From the NCBI RefSeq assembly GCF_001194135.2, contig NC_068982.1, positions 164,794,600 through 164,836,700 on the forward strand: DNA of 42,101 nucleotides, given 5' to 3'. The stretch is from Octopus bimaculoides. Its lineage: Eukaryota. This document shows positions 37,953 through 42,101 of this stretch, in pieces. Below the pieces are notes generated by a model. It saw nothing but the letters and a program-made list of their open reading frames with translations. It was not told where the DNA came from and did not search any database. The translations under genes and the position numbers were made by a program. Every line of letters begins with the position of its first letter. Position 1 is the stretch's first letter.

Positions 37953-38201
37953 TGCCCATTACCCATTTTTATCTTCGACCTCATTGTTTGTTTACATCTG
38001 ATATCTCGTATGCGAAACCCAGTAACAAAGGTCAGTGCTGACTACAATTTCTATTGAATATCTGTAGAAGTAATCTTAAGAAATAATTTAAAAGTGCACT
38101 GCTCACGCAGTAGAACGTGGTGTTGACTTATACAAACACTTAATATACTTTATAGCATATTATGGTTACATAACGAAATACCAAATACCTACAAATCATT
38201 A
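37953..38201 (+). repeat. Inverted third copy of the hammerhead-associated repeat
   Basis: Reverse complement aligns with 37517-37641 plus 37750-37855. Confidence 0.85.
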
Positions 38202-39114
38202 CTAAAAAAATTCTATATAGCAAATAGGATAAATCATGCATATATATTTTTCTTTTTATTTAGCGTTCTGTATTTCACGCTCAAGTCCTTGTAACAAAAG
38301 GAAAGACAAAAAGAAACAACGTTTCAAATTAAGTAGAATGCTGGTTTTATTTAGAACGTGACGGTGGGAAGCAAGAGATAAACTACTGTATACATATGTT
38401 GTACTAGTGATGCAACATTACTGACGGAATACAAAATATTATTTGTTCAGTCTGTTTGCATGCAACCTATCGACTTATTCAGTTTCGGTGAAGTAGATTC
38501 CGTTCTACGAAATTAGCAGTTACCTACCGGAGAAATAACAGTCACTTAAGAAAAGCATGAACTCAATGACGGATTGAATATATTCATTAGTATATATGAA
38601 ATTAGAAAGATATTCGTTACGATTTCATATTCTAAAATGCTTAATAAATAGAAATTTAATCTTGTTTTATATTTATCGTGCAAGAAAGCCACAATACATT
38701 TCTGCTTGTTCTTTCGAATTGTTATCAAGATCTCTAACGTCAGTTCCTTAGAACCAAAGAGTGAGACAGAGAGAGAGTAAATAGGATTGCATGATATAAA
38801 TAGCATCACAAAACTAATGATGAGACCTGAATTCTTAACTTAGGTATTAGAAAGCTGGGTAGAACGTCCTTGACAAGTATTTAAAAAATTAAATACGCGT
38901 TGGTCGATTCCTCAACTAGCTTGTTTACAATGTTTTTGCGGAGACATTACAAGCATAAAGTATATGATTCAATATGTTCTAAGGATCATCAAAACACACT
39001 CATCTCTCAAATGATTGATCTTACAAGAGGTTTTACATCAGTATAAACTAGAGAATACAGTAAAACAATATATAATGCTAAATTTCTCTCGCGGGTAACA
39101 TACTTTATCCAGTG

Positions 39115-39240
39115 TTATTCTGCAGTCAATCACGTCTTTCGATTTCTGCACCTACATATGTTTCTACTGTCTTGTGCACAAAATACAGCAGAAACATATG
39201 TCGGTACAGAAAAGGAGCGATGTAATTGACTGTGGAATAA
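39115..39240. repeat. 126 bp imperfect palindrome
   Basis: 61 nt arms pair without gaps at 48/61 positions around a 4 nt centre (gcac). Confidence 0.9.
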
Positions 39241-39374
39241 AACTAAATATGTAAATCTCTGTTCTCCTTATTATTAATGTTACATACATTTTTCATGCCT
39301 CAGAAATTGTTGCTACAAATCAGCGTACAGAGTTGTCTATATTTGCGCCTGACAGTCTGTCTGCTTATCTGTCT

Positions 39375-39471
39375 ATGTGTGTATGTATGTATGTATGTAT
39401 GTATGTATGTATGTATGTATGTATGTGTGTGTGTATGTATGAATGTATGCATGTATATATCTATCTTTCTT

Positions 39472-39502
<31 letters not shown>

Positions 39503-39503
39503 C

Positions 39504-39537
<34 letters not shown>

Positions 39538-39563
39538 CATCCATCCATCTATCTATCTATCTA
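39375..39563. repeat. (GTAT)n and (CTAT)n tetranucleotide microsatellites
   Basis: Read directly from the sequence. Confidence 0.97.
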
Positions 39564-40473
39564 ATGCATGTATGTATATAAACCTACGTTATAGACATAC
39601 AAACATGGCAAATTTAATGACGTAGGTCCTCATCAGAAGTGTCTACATCACTCGAAGCAATAATCAATTGGTGATGATCTCAATGAACTTGGTTATCAAC
39701 TCATTGGTCCTCCAGTAGGCATTCTACTGACTGAGTACTCCGGAGGAATACTGACGAATATTCCGAGGGTATCATTGAGGCAATAGGTCAGTCAGCGCAA
39801 TCCTAACTGCTTAAAAGATACTAGGTACACTACAACTCCAATTTCTGTAAACAACACGCAGTGAAGAAATGTAATAAAGGTAGATGAATAGACAGCTCTC
39901 GGTTCATAGAATGCTACATAGGTTTCCATAACATGGTAATTTATTTGCACATGATATATTTCATAATTTGAAGTGATATTACATATTTTTAGTTATGTAA
40001 TAACCTGCTCACTCGTCATGAATCATGGACGGGGTTGATGTGCCTATAAACACTTCGATCCCGTTAAATACGAGGATGATGATGCACCAACCACACTAGC
40101 TGTAGCAGGCGGCTAAATTAAAAGTACAGGCATACAGCTAGTGTCTTCACAACAATAACAGTTTACTTCATAGAAATAAGACTGGCTTGTATCTTCAAGT
40201 AATAAGAGTTCTGATAAAGTTATATGGCAAGTAATTTTTAATCCAGATTACATTCTTGGTGGTAAGATTTCTGTTAAAAGATGAGTACTGTCAAAATGCT
40301 ACAAGCAAATATCATATCAATAAAAATAGGAATGCAAAGTAAAGATATAAATCGAAAATTAGTAAAACAAAAATTACTGAATAAATAAGTTTATATTTTT
40401 TTTAAATAAGCATACAAAGGTAAAAATATTGAAAAAAAAATTAAAATCAATAATGTTGATAATAATAATAGTA

Positions 40474-40600
40474 GTTGCAAATTTTGTACAAGATCAGCAA
40501 TTTCAGGAGTTGGAGTAAGTCGATTGCATCAACACTCTTCGAAAGACTGAAATGCTACCAAATATTTTGTCTGGCGTGCTAACGATTATGCCAGCTTGCC
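40474..40600 (-). mobile_element. Internally deleted copy of the 14541-type SINE
   Basis: Head ggcaagctggcataatcgttagcacgccagacaaaat is joined directly to tail gatgcaatcgacttac...gaaattgctgatcttgtacaaaatttgcaac, followed by a TAT-rich tail. Confidence 0.8.
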
Positions 40601-42101
40601 AGACACAGGAGAAGGTTAGTAGAAACAGACATTGTTTGTGTAGTGTATATATTCACAAATACTACTTTAGAAACAACCACACACAGCTGCACATTCTCGC
40701 AACCGTATATACGCAGAAGACACGCTAAAGCAATCTACCGAAGTACAGGTACACGCCGATAAAGCTGGAAATTTTATTAATATAAAAGTAGAAAACTTTA
40801 AGTACTTTATTGTGAGAGAGCTCCAGCAATTCTTCTACAACGTATGTTATAATTCTACTTGTAATTGCCAGTAACTTCGGGCCAATATGTATACCAATAT
40901 GTATACTACTGTATGAATTCTGTTCTTTATTATATACCTGTATGGGGTTATATCTCTGTATACTTTCATAGCTAGAATCATGAACCTTATCGTGACCATA
41001 ACAATAATTATAATAACAATCATTATAACAATAGTCTGATGGTGATGTTGATGAGGATGTGTAAATGATTGAAGGGGAAAATGATGATTGGAAAGCATGA
41101 AAAAATTATGAAAAGTTTACCATGATCGTCAGCACCACTGCTACCAATTAATAAGATAATTAACAATTACATAATAGACTTGATCACCAGAAGCATCATC
41201 ATCACTGTTATCATAGAAGCAGCAGCAACAGCAATACTGCAACCACCATTATAATCAGCACCATCACAACTGCTATTGACGCTATTACCAATGTTTTGGT
41301 CCATCTTCATACAGATGAATATTATCTCTAGTGTTTTGCATGGTGCTGTTAGATAAACATCGGTCGATCAGTATATATGATGTAGTTCGATAATGTCAAT
41401 ATTGCCGTTAAAGCTGTTAATGTTGTTTATGTAGAACTAAATCATTAACTAATCGGATGCCTGGATTTATGTGTTCAACAAATGTAATTACGCATATGCT
41501 TTGCTCTCTCAAAGCTCACTAGGTTTCCAAACCCAATTTCACTTCAAAAGGATATATTATCAAAGAGACGAAGCTTTATTCTAATAGTGGATGTGTTAGG
41601 GATATCCTTAGATGTTGAAATGAATCTAATTTAAATTCATAGTTCAACTGATACTAAGTTAACAGATTGGTAACAATGATATCAGCAAATCGTTATATCA
41701 AGGTCAGTTTGAATCAATTCTATGAGTATGCATCACTTTGGTGGTTGTTTCTCGCATTCTGAGGATGTTTGAATATGAGATCACACTTACCGAGAGTGAT
41801 AAAAAGATAAAAAGAGAGAAATAAATATTAAATGACGGAGCGAGAGAGAGAGAGATAGAGAGAGGGTAAGACACTACAAAATATAGAAAGACATATAGAG
41901 AGAAAGAAAGAGATTGCGCTGTCCTCAATAAAATCCTTTGCATTTCAGTACTAAAAGTTCGTTGTGATTTAAATGTTAACTTTTATAAGTATCACAATCA
42001 CTGACCAAATCTTGATATATGTTCAGGCAGCACATATGCATATCGTGCGTGTGTGTGTATGCAAGTGTATATATATATATATATATATATACATATATAT
42101 A

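Noticed and set aside
39590-39645. Minus-strand CTGATGA-GGAC-ctac-GTC hammerhead-like start
   Set aside because: No GAAA after stem II and no workable stem III.
39734-39806. Nested short inverted repeats (ctgactga...tcagtcag; ggaata/tattcc around CTGACGAA)
   Set aside because: Stems are short and interrupted, the motif is in a loop rather than a three-way junction, and chance cannot be excluded.

Overview
AT-rich, repeat-dense eukaryotic scaffold segment with 9 N-gaps, most flanked by dinucleotide runs. The SINE families and the TAA/CA/TA microsatellite load resemble an octopus (coleoid cephalopod) genome; this is recognition from memory, not a database hit. I found no supportable host protein-coding exon, tRNA/rRNA gene or CRISPR array, so the window looks intergenic or deeply intronic. 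The recognisable content is degraded mobile DNA: (1) a full-length R4/Dong-type RLE retrotransposon in TAA repeats plus several truncated copies; (2) Penelope-like (GIY-YIG) pieces, two with inverted architecture; (3) a Ty3/gypsy gag fragment with PBS and probable LTR; (4) an L1/Tx1-like RT fragment; (5) a Tc1 and two mariner fossils; (6) a piggyBac-type MITE, a palindromic MITE and several tRNA-derived SINEs. The best candidate for an undescribed system is at 37.2-38.2 kb: a non-coding repeat present as two tandem copies and one inverted copy. The two tandem copies each carry a degenerate type I hammerhead ribozyme about 370 nt apart (after removing a later insertion), and the inverted copy begins at the predicted self-cleavage site. 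This suggests a retrozyme or Penelope pseudo-LTR family. All protein calls rest on manual translation and motif recognition; no searches were run.
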